64,000 nt of DNA from Bacteroidia bacterium (lineage in GTDB: Bacteria; Bacteroidota; Bacteroidia; B-17B0; Aurantibacillaceae). The translations under genes were made by a program, and so were the position numbers. Location: positions 53,503 through 117,502 of the forward strand of contig JALHPG010000003.1 in assembly GCA_022842625.1 (NCBI GenBank). Reading direction: 5' to 3'. Within the stretch, counting starts at the first letter, position 1; each line of letters begins with the position of its first letter. The notes under the pieces were generated by a model that ran no database searches, had not been told where the DNA came from, and saw only the letters and a list, made by a program, of their open reading frames with translations. Positions 8,699-18,672 of this stretch are shown piece by piece.

Positions 8699-9943
8699 TT
8701 ATTTTTTATATGGTTTAATAATTAGCCTTAACGATTGATCAAAAGTAAAATACTTCCACATCCAATTTATAAAAACTAATAATTTATTTTTAACTCCTAA
8801 AATAAGCATTAAGTGCAGAAACATCCAAAACAACCAGGCAAAAAAACCTTGAAATTTAATAAAGGGAAGATCAACCACCGCAAGGTTTCTGCCTACAGTG
8901 GCCATACTGCCTTTATCGCTATATTCAAATTGAACAAGAGGCTGATTTGATTGAAAATTTAAAAGGTTTTTGTAAAACACATCCGCCTGATCATTGGCAA
9001 CGGTAGCAACCTGTGGGTGACCATTGGGATATTTTTCGGTAACCATAAATGCAATATCTCCCAAAGCAAAAACATCTTTTAGTCCTTCGACTTCATTAAA
9101 CCGATTTACTTTTATTCTGTTTCCTCTGGCTACGCAATTTTCGGGCAACCCTTTTATTAAATTACCTTTTACGCCTGCAGCCCAGATCAAATTTTTTGTT
9201 TGTATTTTATTTCCGTTCGAAAAAACAACTTCGCTCCCATCGTAAGATGTCACTTGCGTAGAGGTTAGTACGTTTACACCCAATTTGGTTAAATATTCCT
9301 GAGATTTAGTAGAGGCAGGTTCAGACATAACACCTAAGGTTTTAGGACCTGCTTCAACTAAATAAATATTCATGGCTTTAAAATCCAATTCAGGATAATC
9401 TTTGGGCAATACATTCCTTTTCATTTCGGCCAAAGCCCCGCTAACTTCAACACCGGTAGGACCTCCGCCAACAACAACAATGTTCAATAAAGCCTCTTTC
9501 GCATCTTTTGTTGCCACCAAGGCATCTTCTAAATTCTGCAGAATAGTGTTGCGCAAATTTAAAGCTTCACTAACCGATTTCATTGGTAAAGCATTTTCCT
9601 CAACTAATTTATTGCCAAAAAAATTGGTTCCGGCTCCGGTTGCGATCACTAAATAATCATAAGTAATATCGCCAATACCTGTTGAGATACTTTTAGTAAT
9701 CGAATTGATACTCATCACTTCAATGCAACGCACATGAATATTTTTTTGACCTTGAAAAACTTTTCGAAGTGGAAAAGCTATGGAGCTTGGCTCCAGGCCG
9801 GAAGTAGCTACCTGATAAAACAGAGGTTGAAATTGATGATAATTATTTTTATCTATAAGCCAGATCTCGAAATTTTTATTTTTTAGTTTTCTGGCTAATC
9901 TTAATCCTGCAAAACCTGCTCCAATAATTACTATTTTTTTCAT
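8699..9943 (-). CDS. ndh: type II NADH:quinone oxidoreductase (NAD(P)/FAD-dependent)
   Basis: Two Rossmann motifs (IIGAGFAG, VVGGGPTGVE), FQPLFYQVAT, YSDKGSMATVGRN. Confidence 0.88.
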   Translation of the reverse strand: MKKIVIIGAGFAGLRLARKLKNKNFEIWLIDKNNYHQFQPLFYQVATSGLEPSSIAFPLRKVFQGQKNIHVRCIEVMSINSITKSISTGIGDITYDYLVIATGAGTNFFGNKLVEENALPMKSVSEALNLRNTILQNLEDALVATKDAKEALLNIVVVGGGPTGVEVSGALAEMKRNVLPKDYPELDFKAMNIYLVEAGPKTLGVMSEPASTKSQEYLTKLGVNVLTSTQVTSYDGSEVVFSNGNKIQTKNLIWAAGVKGNLIKGLPENCVARGNRIKVNRFNEVEGLKDVFALGDIAFMVTEKYPNGHPQVATVANDQADVFYKNLLNFQSNQPLVQFEYSDKGSMATVGRNLAVVDLPFIKFQGFFAWLFWMFLHLMLILGVKNKLLVFINWMWKYFTFDQSLRLIIKPYKK

Positions 9944-9971
9944 ATTTACGAAGCGTTTTAATTTATATTCT

Positions 9972-10484
9972 CTAAACGGCTCGCTGCTTAATATTCTCTA
10001 TCAACGCGGCCACCAATTCTTTATTCTTACTTTTAGAGCTTTGTGCAATTACTAAGGCTTTTGTAAGCGTATCTTCATCAATTGTACCTTCAGTATTTTC
10101 AACAACGGTTAATCCTTCAAGCGCTAATAATAAATTATCACTGCAAGCGATCTCTGTAAAAAACAAAAAATGTTTGGTAAAGTCAAGGCATGATTCCCAG
10201 CAGGCGGCTGCTAAAATAGTTTTTTCATCAACACGTTCAGCCTTTTTTATGGCATCAACCATTAATTCAACCGAATTGGATTCTTTTAATTTTAAAAAGA
10301 TGGCTTCACTTTCTTGTCTTGTAATACCTTTCTCTAACAAGCCCTCCAATAGGTCGGCAGCAGTATTATCTTTTTTACTAAAGCCTTCTCTGGCAATAAT
10401 TAAAGTGCTGTATTCTTCTTCGTCAAAAAGTTTTTTAGGATCAAAAGCATCCTCGTCTAATAATTCTTTAATAATATCACTCAT
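9972..10484 (-). CDS. acidic helical hypothetical protein (HEAT-like)
   Basis: 170-aa ORF overlapping the MoxR stop codon; AACWESCLDF...ALEGLTVVEN. Confidence 0.65.
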   Translation of the reverse strand: MSDIIKELLDEDAFDPKKLFDEEEYSTLIIAREGFSKKDNTAADLLEGLLEKGITRQESEAIFLKLKESNSVELMVDAIKKAERVDEKTILAAACWESCLDFTKHFLFFTEIACSDNLLLALEGLTVVENTEGTIDEDTLTKALVIAQSSKSKNKELVAALIENIKQRAV

Positions 10485-11446
10485 TACAATAATTGTTTGA
10501 TTATATCTTCAACCGAAACGCCTTCAGCTTCTGCCTTATAATTTAAAACGATACGATGACGTAAAATTGGCGTTGCTATAGCTTTTACATCTTCAATATC
10601 CGGACTGTACTTGCCATTTATTGCTGCATGCGCCTTGGCTCCAATAATTAAATATTGCGAGGCTCTTGGGCCGGCTCCCCATTGTAAATATTTTTTTGTA
10701 ACCTCTGCAGTATACTCACTGTTTAAACGCGTTTTATTTACCAATTTAACGGCATACTCAATAACGTTATCTGCAACCGGAATTTTACGAATAAGATCCT
10801 GAAAGAAAACAATTTCTTGAGCATTAAGTATTTTGTTTAATTCAACCTTAATATTTGCAGTAGTTAGTTTTACCACTTGCAACTCTTCTGCAAACTTGGG
10901 ATAATCTAACCACACGTTAAACATAAAACGGTCTAACTGCGCCTCCGGTAATGGATACGTTCCCTCCTGCTCTATTGGATTTTGCGTAGCTAAAACAAAA
11001 AATGGTGTATCTAAAATGTATTTTTTTCCTGCCGCCGTTATCTGGCGTTCCTGCATAGCTTCTAAAAGCGCTGCTTGTGTTTTTGGTGGCGTTCTGTTGA
11101 TCTCATCGGCCAAAATTATATTTGCAAATAATGGTCCTTTAATGAATTTAAAATTTCTGTCCTCGTCTAAGATCTCGCTACCAATAATATCACTTGGCAT
11201 TAGATCGGGAGTAAATTGAATTCTGCTAAAGGATAAGCCTAAAGCATCTGAAATTGTATTTACCAATAAAGTTTTAGCTAAACCCGGCACACCCACTAAT
11301 AAACAATGCCCCTTACTAAAAACAGAGATCAAAACATTTTTTACTGTATCCTCCTGTCCAACTATTACCTTCGAAATTTCTTTTGTTAACTGATCGTATT
11401 TTTTTACAAAATCCTGTAAAGCTTCGGTATCTGATTTATACTGCAT
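10484..11446 (-). CDS. MoxR-family AAA+ ATPase
   Basis: GVPGLAKT Walker A, RIQFTPDLMPSDIIG, LADEINRTPPKTQAALLEAMQE, ATQNPIEQEGTYPLPEAQLDRF. Confidence 0.95.
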   Translation of the reverse strand: MQYKSDTEALQDFVKKYDQLTKEISKVIVGQEDTVKNVLISVFSKGHCLLVGVPGLAKTLLVNTISDALGLSFSRIQFTPDLMPSDIIGSEILDEDRNFKFIKGPLFANIILADEINRTPPKTQAALLEAMQERQITAAGKKYILDTPFFVLATQNPIEQEGTYPLPEAQLDRFMFNVWLDYPKFAEELQVVKLTTANIKVELNKILNAQEIVFFQDLIRKIPVADNVIEYAVKLVNKTRLNSEYTAEVTKKYLQWGAGPRASQYLIIGAKAHAAINGKYSPDIEDVKAIATPILRHRIVLNYKAEAEGVSVEDIIKQLL

Positions 11447-11621
11447 AATTAAATTTTATTTTTTAGTTTCTAATACTTTTTAAATTGATCTTCTAATAGA
11501 GAACAATGGCATTTAAACCAAAAATTAGTGTTTAAAGATAGGAATAAAAAATTAAAAAAGATTTAAGAATTAGCAGGGAAATAGGCCAAAAAAACAAAAA
11601 CAAAAATACAAATTAGCATAT

Positions 11622-14600
11622 TTAATAGCCGCCGGATGACGTTAAAGCTCTCCTTCTGTAAGTAAGGTTAAAATAATCGAGGATTTCGTTATAATTTTCA
11701 AGTTCGGTTTTAGTTTTATCGATATAATATCCAGGATTAATAACCTGAATATTTGAAGAAATACCTGACTTAGATTCCGGCACAAAGGCTACTGACCAAC
11801 GCTCCTCATCAAGTTTATTTTTTATGACCCTGTAAACATAAATTTTTCCTTTTTGATACTTATTTTTGGCATCTAATTCTTTTATAAAAAGCAAACTATC
11901 TTTTTTTCCTTTATCCTTATCGTAACTCAAAATAGCTGCTAATTGTGTTTGGGAAGCAAGTACAGACTCCACCAAACTTTTTTGATCATAATATTTACGA
12001 TCAAACTTATCAGTCAATTTTTCCTTTTCAAGTTCGGTATAAAAATAAGTGCGCGTAAATTTATTTTTAGAATAATAATTGATCAAAGTATCATTAATGA
12101 TTACATTACTTTTTAATAAGTTAATAGCAACCGGCATTGCAATGTTTTGATTTTTTAGTTTTGACAATTTGGTAAAAAACTGTTTTGTTTTTTCGTCGGT
12201 TTTATAAAATGGAGATAAAACAATGGCGTAATTTACTAATGGATTTCTTCCAAAGGCATCCAAACTTGTTAAGTAATCAGACCCTTTAAATAAGGTATTA
12301 TTTGTATAGCCATCCATACTTTGCTGAATCATTTCAGCCATTTCTTTTATTGGCTTATCTAAATAATCATAATCGCCATAATCACCCGAAGACTTTGCCG
12401 TAGAAGGATTATAGCGTTTTAATGCAAGATTTGCATCAGCAAGGATATTATCTTTTTGAGATAAGTAGTTAGGTGAAGTAATGATCTTTTTTTCAACCAA
12501 TTCTGCCATTAAAGTATATACTGCATCTTTATACTCATCGTATTTAGTTAATACTAACATGCCGGGGAAAAAATTCTTACATAATTCTAACGAATCATGT
12601 AAAACTGCAAATACATCCGAAACAATGCTTACCTCGCCAACTAATGGTGTCTCACTTAATATAAGATTATTAAAGGCCGAGAAAGAAGCCGGCGTTTTTA
12701 GATAGGCTAAACCCTTAAGCATGCACAATTGCAGGTAAAAACTATCTGTATATTGTTTGTACAAATTTTTATAGGGTTCAATAATTTTATTGTTATTCAT
12801 TGTACCGCCATTAACAAATAATTGAGCTCGACTATTTTCGCTAACCAAACTTAAATTTTTGCTTTGAATGAATTTAACAAACTCATCAAAATAAACTTTA
12901 TTCATTATGATAGAGTTCTGAAAAGAAGTGTTGGCTCTTTGTCGGATAACGGTATCATTACTACATAGATCATTAAGTAATAAGTTGAATTTACTTTCGA
13001 AAATATTTTTACCAATAACAGAATCTTTAGGGGAAAAACTTTCCATAAAACTTTTTGTCCATCCCTTTAAACCAATTACAGAATCATAAGGAGCAATGAT
13101 CTCTTGCATAATACCATCCTTAATATAGAACTTAACATCCATAACCCTTGAAGTTGCCGTATCTTTTAAAGTGCATTTATATGAATAAACCCCATCTTTG
13201 TTGGAGGTTACTTTATTAGTGACTAGCAAACTAGTGTTATTCTTTAATGAATTACTTATACTTTTTTCTATTTCATTAATATCGCGATAATCATAATCAT
13301 TAAATTTTTCATAGGCGATATTTACATACTCATTACTGGAAGGTGAATAATAGGATTTACTGTTTGATCGATAATCGTAATCACTTAATTTTTTATCTTT
13401 TTTAATTTTAGCTTTTTCATATTCTTTTTGGTATGCCTCATTAAACTTACTAGTTGCGTTAACGGTAACCTCATCAAGCACTTTAAAATGAAGATCATTA
13501 TCGGTAATTTGTTTTATAGGATTTATGAATTCAAAATCCGTTAACTTAAAGGAGGTGAAAATATCGCTAAAGAAACCACTTTCTTTTTCGGAAATAAAAT
13601 ACACCAAATAATAATGAACGCCTTTGATAAATAATTTTCCATAAAAATTAGAGCCAAGTTTATTTTTAGCTTTGAAATTTATACACGGCAGACCTTGCTC
13701 TTTTTTAATTTCACGAGAAATATTTTCGGTAAAGGCATAATTTTTTAAAATATTTTTAGAGAATAAATTCAATTCAAATGTGTCTTCCTCTAAGTACTCA
13801 AAATCATTGTAAACAGCGTGTTTTACGCCATAAAATTGTTTTTGTGCATTATTGTAGGCGTACAGATCTTCAATTAATCCTCTTGATGAAGCGCCACTGT
13901 TTTTTGTGTAAGAATAATTTGCAGGAAGCTTTACCGTAAAGCCTTTTGTGGGTGGAGAAAATTCTACATTACTTTGGCTTTTTGAAAAAAACTGAATTGA
14001 ATTAAAAAATTGTTTTGCTTCACTGCTTGTGGCGTAACCTTGCTTACCTCCCAATTTAAACAAGATCATTTCAAGATCAGAGAAAAATATCTGATAATGC
14101 TGTTCATCGCCTCTGCGTGTTTTATTTACTAACTCATACCCCTTTAAGCCATTATTTGAAGTGATCTCTTTTTTTGAAATTATTTTTCCGGGAATGTTCT
14201 CAAAAAATAAACTGTCAACCTTTTGCATCATTTGAGAAATACTGGTATTAGAGAGTGGTCCGAAGTATTTCAATTTGGCAATAGTATAAAAAGAACCATT
14301 AACCATATCGGCATAAATAAAATACTTAACATTTTCAAAATTTACAATTTGAGTTGGTTTCCCGGGCAAATTCATTGACACGGAAGAATCGCTAATAAAA
14401 TGTTTTTGAAATGTTACCGGCTTTACTAAAGCGTCTAACTCATCGCGGGTTGCATCGCTCTTTTTTGAATTATTTGGAAATACAGGTTCAACGGTGTAGC
14501 CTTTTTTTCTTAATAATTCTATCATTCCTTCTTCTCCTGGTAAATGAGCTGCGCCAACACCACTAAATAACGATTTCGTTTTTAAAACAGAATCGATGGT

Positions 14601-15335
14601 ATTTACAAAAAAAACATTTCTATCGTTAATTAAAAATTTTTGTGTGTTCTTTGAACTCGCCTTTTTGCTTAAACTATCTAAAAGATCAAGATTACCTTCA
14701 CGATAAGCGTCTTCTATTTTTTGTTCACTAAAATAATTATTGTTTGTGCTTTCTAAATTAGCTTCGTCGTTTAATTCCTCATCGGGTAGCGCCGATAATC
14801 TTGCTTTGATCTCGGATTGTGCAAAATCTTCTAAACTTATTAATTGTTTATTTAATTTTGAAGCCGATTGAAAAATAAAAAGATCGATGTAAGTATTTTC
14901 TTCAAAATTTTCCTTACTACGATTATGGCGGTATAACAATCCATTAATAATATCCGGATCATAACTCAAAATTCCTTGCAGCATTCGTTTATCCGGAAAA
15001 CCGGTCATGAATGTAGAACGATAAAAATCTTTGTTGTAATTATTGGTGGATACGATCTGGTTTGCCTGATCTAATTCACCGGTTTTTTCCATATTTAAAA
15101 GCCAATCTCCCGGATTAGTTTCTAATCCAACAACATCTACACTTTTTAAAGCGCTAAAAAACTGTTCAGATAAATGATAAGCAACACGGCTACTCACATG
15201 CATTGTTCCGTATAAGTACGAAGGCTTTTTTAAACCGTTCCCTGTAATTTTCCAAAGTAAAGTAGGATATTTTTTTGGAGACTGCGAAAAGGTTAAAAGG
15301 GGCAATAAAATAAGTATGTACAAAAGTCTCTTCAT
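11622..15335 (-). CDS. TraB/GumN (Tiki-like) family protein with a long C-terminal extension
   Basis: Signal peptide; LLWKITGNGLKKPSYLYGTMHV; INDRN; GVGAAHLPGEEGMIELLRKKGYTVEPV; about 900 further residues of unknown function. Confidence 0.82.
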   Translation of the reverse strand: MKRLLYILILLPLLTFSQSPKKYPTLLWKITGNGLKKPSYLYGTMHVSSRVAYHLSEQFFSALKSVDVVGLETNPGDWLLNMEKTGELDQANQIVSTNNYNKDFYRSTFMTGFPDKRMLQGILSYDPDIINGLLYRHNRSKENFEENTYIDLFIFQSASKLNKQLISLEDFAQSEIKARLSALPDEELNDEANLESTNNNYFSEQKIEDAYREGNLDLLDSLSKKASSKNTQKFLINDRNVFFVNTIDSVLKTKSLFSGVGAAHLPGEEGMIELLRKKGYTVEPVFPNNSKKSDATRDELDALVKPVTFQKHFISDSSVSMNLPGKPTQIVNFENVKYFIYADMVNGSFYTIAKLKYFGPLSNTSISQMMQKVDSLFFENIPGKIISKKEITSNNGLKGYELVNKTRRGDEQHYQIFFSDLEMILFKLGGKQGYATSSEAKQFFNSIQFFSKSQSNVEFSPPTKGFTVKLPANYSYTKNSGASSRGLIEDLYAYNNAQKQFYGVKHAVYNDFEYLEEDTFELNLFSKNILKNYAFTENISREIKKEQGLPCINFKAKNKLGSNFYGKLFIKGVHYYLVYFISEKESGFFSDIFTSFKLTDFEFINPIKQITDNDLHFKVLDEVTVNATSKFNEAYQKEYEKAKIKKDKKLSDYDYRSNSKSYYSPSSNEYVNIAYEKFNDYDYRDINEIEKSISNSLKNNTSLLVTNKVTSNKDGVYSYKCTLKDTATSRVMDVKFYIKDGIMQEIIAPYDSVIGLKGWTKSFMESFSPKDSVIGKNIFESKFNLLLNDLCSNDTVIRQRANTSFQNSIIMNKVYFDEFVKFIQSKNLSLVSENSRAQLFVNGGTMNNNKIIEPYKNLYKQYTDSFYLQLCMLKGLAYLKTPASFSAFNNLILSETPLVGEVSIVSDVFAVLHDSLELCKNFFPGMLVLTKYDEYKDAVYTLMAELVEKKIITSPNYLSQKDNILADANLALKRYNPSTAKSSGDYGDYDYLDKPIKEMAEMIQQSMDGYTNNTLFKGSDYLTSLDAFGRNPLVNYAIVLSPFYKTDEKTKQFFTKLSKLKNQNIAMPVAINLLKSNVIINDTLINYYSKNKFTRTYFYTELEKEKLTDKFDRKYYDQKSLVESVLASQTQLAAILSYDKDKGKKDSLLFIKELDAKNKYQKGKIYVYRVIKNKLDEERWSVAFVPESKSGISSNIQVINPGYYIDKTKTELENYNEILDYFNLTYRRRALTSSGGY

Positions 15336-15420
15336 CCTATAGGAATATATCTATATAAACTTAAACAATTAAATTTGGTTACGAAAAAAAATAAAACCGG
15401 TTTTAGAATTTTTATGAATA

Positions 15421-15451
15421 AAAAAAATGCCTTCAATAAATTGAAGGCATT
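15421..15451 (-). terminator. intrinsic terminator after trxB
   Basis: Stem aatgccttcaat (15426-15437) / attgaaggcatt (15440-15451), followed by a T run on the minus strand. Confidence 0.75.
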
Positions 15452-15456
15452 AAATG

Positions 15457-16407
15457 CTAATGAACTCCGGCGGATGCTAAATAACGTTCAGCGTCTAAGG
15501 CGCCCATACAACCGCTACCGGCTGCTGTAACTGCTTGTCGGTATGTTTTATCAGCGCAATCGCCAACTGCAAAAACGCCTTCAATATTTGTTTTGGTGCT
15601 TCCCGGAACTACATGTAAATATCCCAACTCATCCATATCTAACTGACCTTTAAAAATAGCTGTGTTTGGATTGTGCCCAATGGCCACAAAGAAACCGGTA
15701 ATGTTTAAAGTTCTGGTTTCGTTAGTTTTATTATTTTTTACAATTGCACCTTCAACAGTATCTTTACCAAGAATATCAAGGGTTTCAGAATCCCATAGAA
15801 TTTCAATATTAGGTGTGTTTTTCACTCGTTGTTGCATTGCTTTACTTGCACGCATCTCGCCTCTTCTAACGATCATGTATACTTTTTTACATAATTTTGA
15901 AAGATAAGTTGCTTCTTCTGCTGCTGTATCACCGGCACCAACTATTGCAACATCTTGGCCTTTAAAGAAGAATCCGTCGCAAACCGCACAAGCACTAACA
16001 CCGCCGGCACTCATTCTTAAACGTGTTTCATTTTCTAAACCTATCCATTTTGCGCTTGCGCCTGTCGAAATAATAACTGTATCTGCTGTGATCTCGGTAG
16101 TTTCATCTACCCAAACTCTTTTTGGGCTTGCGTTAAGATCTGCTTTGGTAACCAAACCAAATCTAACCTGAGTTCCAAAACGCTCTGCTTGAGCCTTAAG
16201 ATCCTCCATTAATTCAGGTCCGGTAATCCCTTTTGGATATCCAGGGAAATTATCAACTTCTGTAGTTTCTGTTAATTGGCCGCCGGGAGTTAAGCCGGTA
16301 TATAAAACGGGTTTAAGATCGGCGCGTGCAGCATAAATTGCTGCAGTATAACCGGCAGGACCAGATCCAATAATTAGGCAGGTAATATGTTCTGTTTTAG
16401 TTTGCAT
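15457..16407 (-). CDS. trxB: thioredoxin-disulfide reductase
   Basis: IIGSGPAGYTAAIY, SACAVCDG (CxxC), VGAGDTAAEEA, YRQAVTAAGSGC. Confidence 0.97.
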   Translation of the reverse strand: MQTKTEHITCLIIGSGPAGYTAAIYAARADLKPVLYTGLTPGGQLTETTEVDNFPGYPKGITGPELMEDLKAQAERFGTQVRFGLVTKADLNASPKRVWVDETTEITADTVIISTGASAKWIGLENETRLRMSAGGVSACAVCDGFFFKGQDVAIVGAGDTAAEEATYLSKLCKKVYMIVRRGEMRASKAMQQRVKNTPNIEILWDSETLDILGKDTVEGAIVKNNKTNETRTLNITGFFVAIGHNPNTAIFKGQLDMDELGYLHVVPGSTKTNIEGVFAVGDCADKTYRQAVTAAGSGCMGALDAERYLASAGVH

Positions 16408-16574
16408 AATAATATATTTTGTGGTGTAAAGTTAACGGTTAAGAGCAAATAAAGTTTTAAAGCCCACTGCTTTTTTGCACAATTTATGATTAGTTTTTAA
16501 TAACCAAATAAACCGTGGCTTAATTACCCTAAAATAGAAAATAAGAAAAAAATAGAATTTGAAATTTGAAAAAA

Positions 16575-17600
16575 TTATTTTCCTAAACTTAACTTTACAT
16601 TATAACCGCCTTTGTTGGCTGCGTTATAAACTGTTTCGTAAATAGAAATATAAAGCATACCGCTTTTTTTTGCAGTGCCATTAAATTTTGCACCAGCTTT
16701 TAAATTTTCGGTTGTACCATCACCAATTCTGTAAACAACTTGTCCGTAACTAGGATAACTCCCCGAACCTCCATCATCTTCGCTTCCATAAGGCTTTATC
16801 CAGTCTGTTGCCGTTTCAGTCTTGCTGCTCCCGTCTGGCTTGTATTTAGAATTGCTAAGACTTGCTAAAGTAACTTCGCCGGTGGATATAAGTGAAAAAC
16901 GTTGCCCGCTTTTTAATACTACTCCTGTTTTTAACCAACCGCCATTTGTATTGCCGCTAATGTTTTTAGTTGCATTTAATTTAAAAGAAAACTCGCCCGA
17001 GCCGGGTTCCATAGCCACAGAAATATCGATGGTTTTTATTTTTTCTTTGGGAACACTTAAGTTACCATATTCTGTTTTTATATCCAGTTTGGTAAAACTA
17101 TAATTTCCACCCATTAAATAAATATTATCGATGGTAAGAATATCCTCTTTTGCAAGGTCACTTGAAATATTATTTGCAGATTGGATTTCTGACAAGGCAT
17201 TATCGATGGTAAATTCACCGGTATATGCATCTTCTGAAGAAACATTTTTTGGATCATTATAAAAATCCTGAATAAAAGGAATTGCTTTTACTCCTTGCTT
17301 AACAAGGTCTGTGTAAGCACCTTTTCGTGTTTCCTCCACATTACTGGTTGATAAGATCTTTAAATTACTTTTTACTTTTTCGGCCACTGAATTATCTTTA
17401 CCTAAACCAATCTCTATGTGACTTACTTTTGAAATTGGAATTTGCAATTTCCCGAAAGCAGTTACAAGATCAATATCTGCAAGACTTGTAGTGCCCTTAA
17501 TGATATTACCATCTAACAGCTCTAAGCTCACCTCAGCAGGTTTTTGAGAATAAGAAAGGAAGTTTACAAAAACAAAAATTGACAATGTTATTTTTTTCAT
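16575..17600 (-). CDS. exported hypothetical protein: duplicated beta module, helical insert, possible lectin-like C-terminal domain
   Basis: Signal peptide; IDLVTAFGKLQIPISKVSHI and LDIKTEYGNLSVPKEKIKTI repeats; C-terminal GWLKTGVVLKSGQRFSLISTGEV...YGQVVYRIG...GMLYISIYE. Confidence 0.65.
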   Translation of the reverse strand: MKKITLSIFVFVNFLSYSQKPAEVSLELLDGNIIKGTTSLADIDLVTAFGKLQIPISKVSHIEIGLGKDNSVAEKVKSNLKILSTSNVEETRKGAYTDLVKQGVKAIPFIQDFYNDPKNVSSEDAYTGEFTIDNALSEIQSANNISSDLAKEDILTIDNIYLMGGNYSFTKLDIKTEYGNLSVPKEKIKTIDISVAMEPGSGEFSFKLNATKNISGNTNGGWLKTGVVLKSGQRFSLISTGEVTLASLSNSKYKPDGSSKTETATDWIKPYGSEDDGGSGSYPSYGQVVYRIGDGTTENLKAGAKFNGTAKKSGMLYISIYETVYNAANKGGYNVKLSLGK

Positions 17601-17625
17601 ATGAAATATATTTAAATTTTAAACA

Positions 17626-17684
17626 AAAAAATTCGCCATTAACAACTCTTATATTTAACTATAAGGAGATGTTTCTGGCGAATT
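17626..17684 (-). terminator. long imperfect hairpin downstream of the UspA gene
   Basis: aattcgcca (17630-17638) / tggcgaatt (17676-17684) with nested aaca/tgtt, ctc/gag and ttata/tataa pairs; T run on the minus strand. Confidence 0.5.
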
Positions 17685-17704
17685 CCATTTAATACATGAG
17701 GATA

Positions 17705-18604
17705 TTACATTCCACTGGTACCGCTTAACATACTAATATTTGTATCGGCAATAATAGGTCTAATACAAATTACAGGAACTTTACTTAAATGAATAACCTG
17801 CTGTGAATAGGGTCCTAAAAAGAAACCACTTAACTCGGCATCCTGATCAGTCATAATAACAACCAGATCTGCACCAATTTTTTCAATATAATTTACAGTT
17901 GAAGTTGCTCTGTTTTTAACTTTAGAAATAACATCATGATGAAATGCAACACCTTCTTTTTTTGCAATGGTTTCAATTTGATGTAAGATCAACTCCATTG
18001 AAGGTTTTTCTTCATCTTCATCTGTTCCTAATAAGGCAATTGCATGAACAGAAGCACTGAATTTTTTTGCCAATTCGATTGTATAATTTACTTTTTGGCG
18101 TGTATGTGCACTTGTATCAATTGGTAATACGATCTTGTTATATCCTTTGTGATCAGCATCGCTATTCATGGCCATGGTTGGGCATGGTGCTTTTGTGATT
18201 ACTTTTAAAGCAGTGCTTCCTATTACCAATTCTTCTAAAGGAGAATAACCGTGAGTTCCCATTACAATTAAAGTTGCGCCTATTTCTTCAGCAACATCCG
18301 TCACTTCACGATTAGGAGATCCGATTTTGGTTATGCATTCAACTTGCACACCATATTCTGATCTAACTTGATCTGCTAACTGAAGTAATTTTTCTTGAGC
18401 GATCTTTTCAAAATCGGTTTGTGCATTAACGCTTACCGTAGGCAAAAACATTTCTTGAGAAAAATATTGAATATTTATTACATGTAACAAATAAACGCTG
18501 CCTTGAGTAAGCTGAGCAGTGAATGCACCATGTTTAATAGCTAACATGGATGTTTCGCTAAAATCTACAGGAATTAAAATTTTTGAGGAATCAAAATGAA
18601 TCAT
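17705..18604 (-). CDS. universal stress protein with tandem UspA domains
   Basis: KILIPVDFSETS, LIVMGTHGYSPLEELVIGSTALKVITKAPCP; second domain KIVLPID...ADLVVIM. Confidence 0.9.
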   Translation of the reverse strand: MIHFDSSKILIPVDFSETSMLAIKHGAFTAQLTQGSVYLLHVINIQYFSQEMFLPTVSVNAQTDFEKIAQEKLLQLADQVRSEYGVQVECITKIGSPNREVTDVAEEIGATLIVMGTHGYSPLEELVIGSTALKVITKAPCPTMAMNSDADHKGYNKIVLPIDTSAHTRQKVNYTIELAKKFSASVHAIALLGTDEDEEKPSMELILHQIETIAKKEGVAFHHDVISKVKNRATSTVNYIEKIGADLVVIMTDQDAELSGFFLGPYSQQVIHLSKVPVICIRPIIADTNISMLSGTSGM

Positions 18605-18672
18605 ATCTGTGTGTTTTTTATATAAATATATCTTATTTTTTATTTAACTACTAATTTATAAAAAAATCCCAA

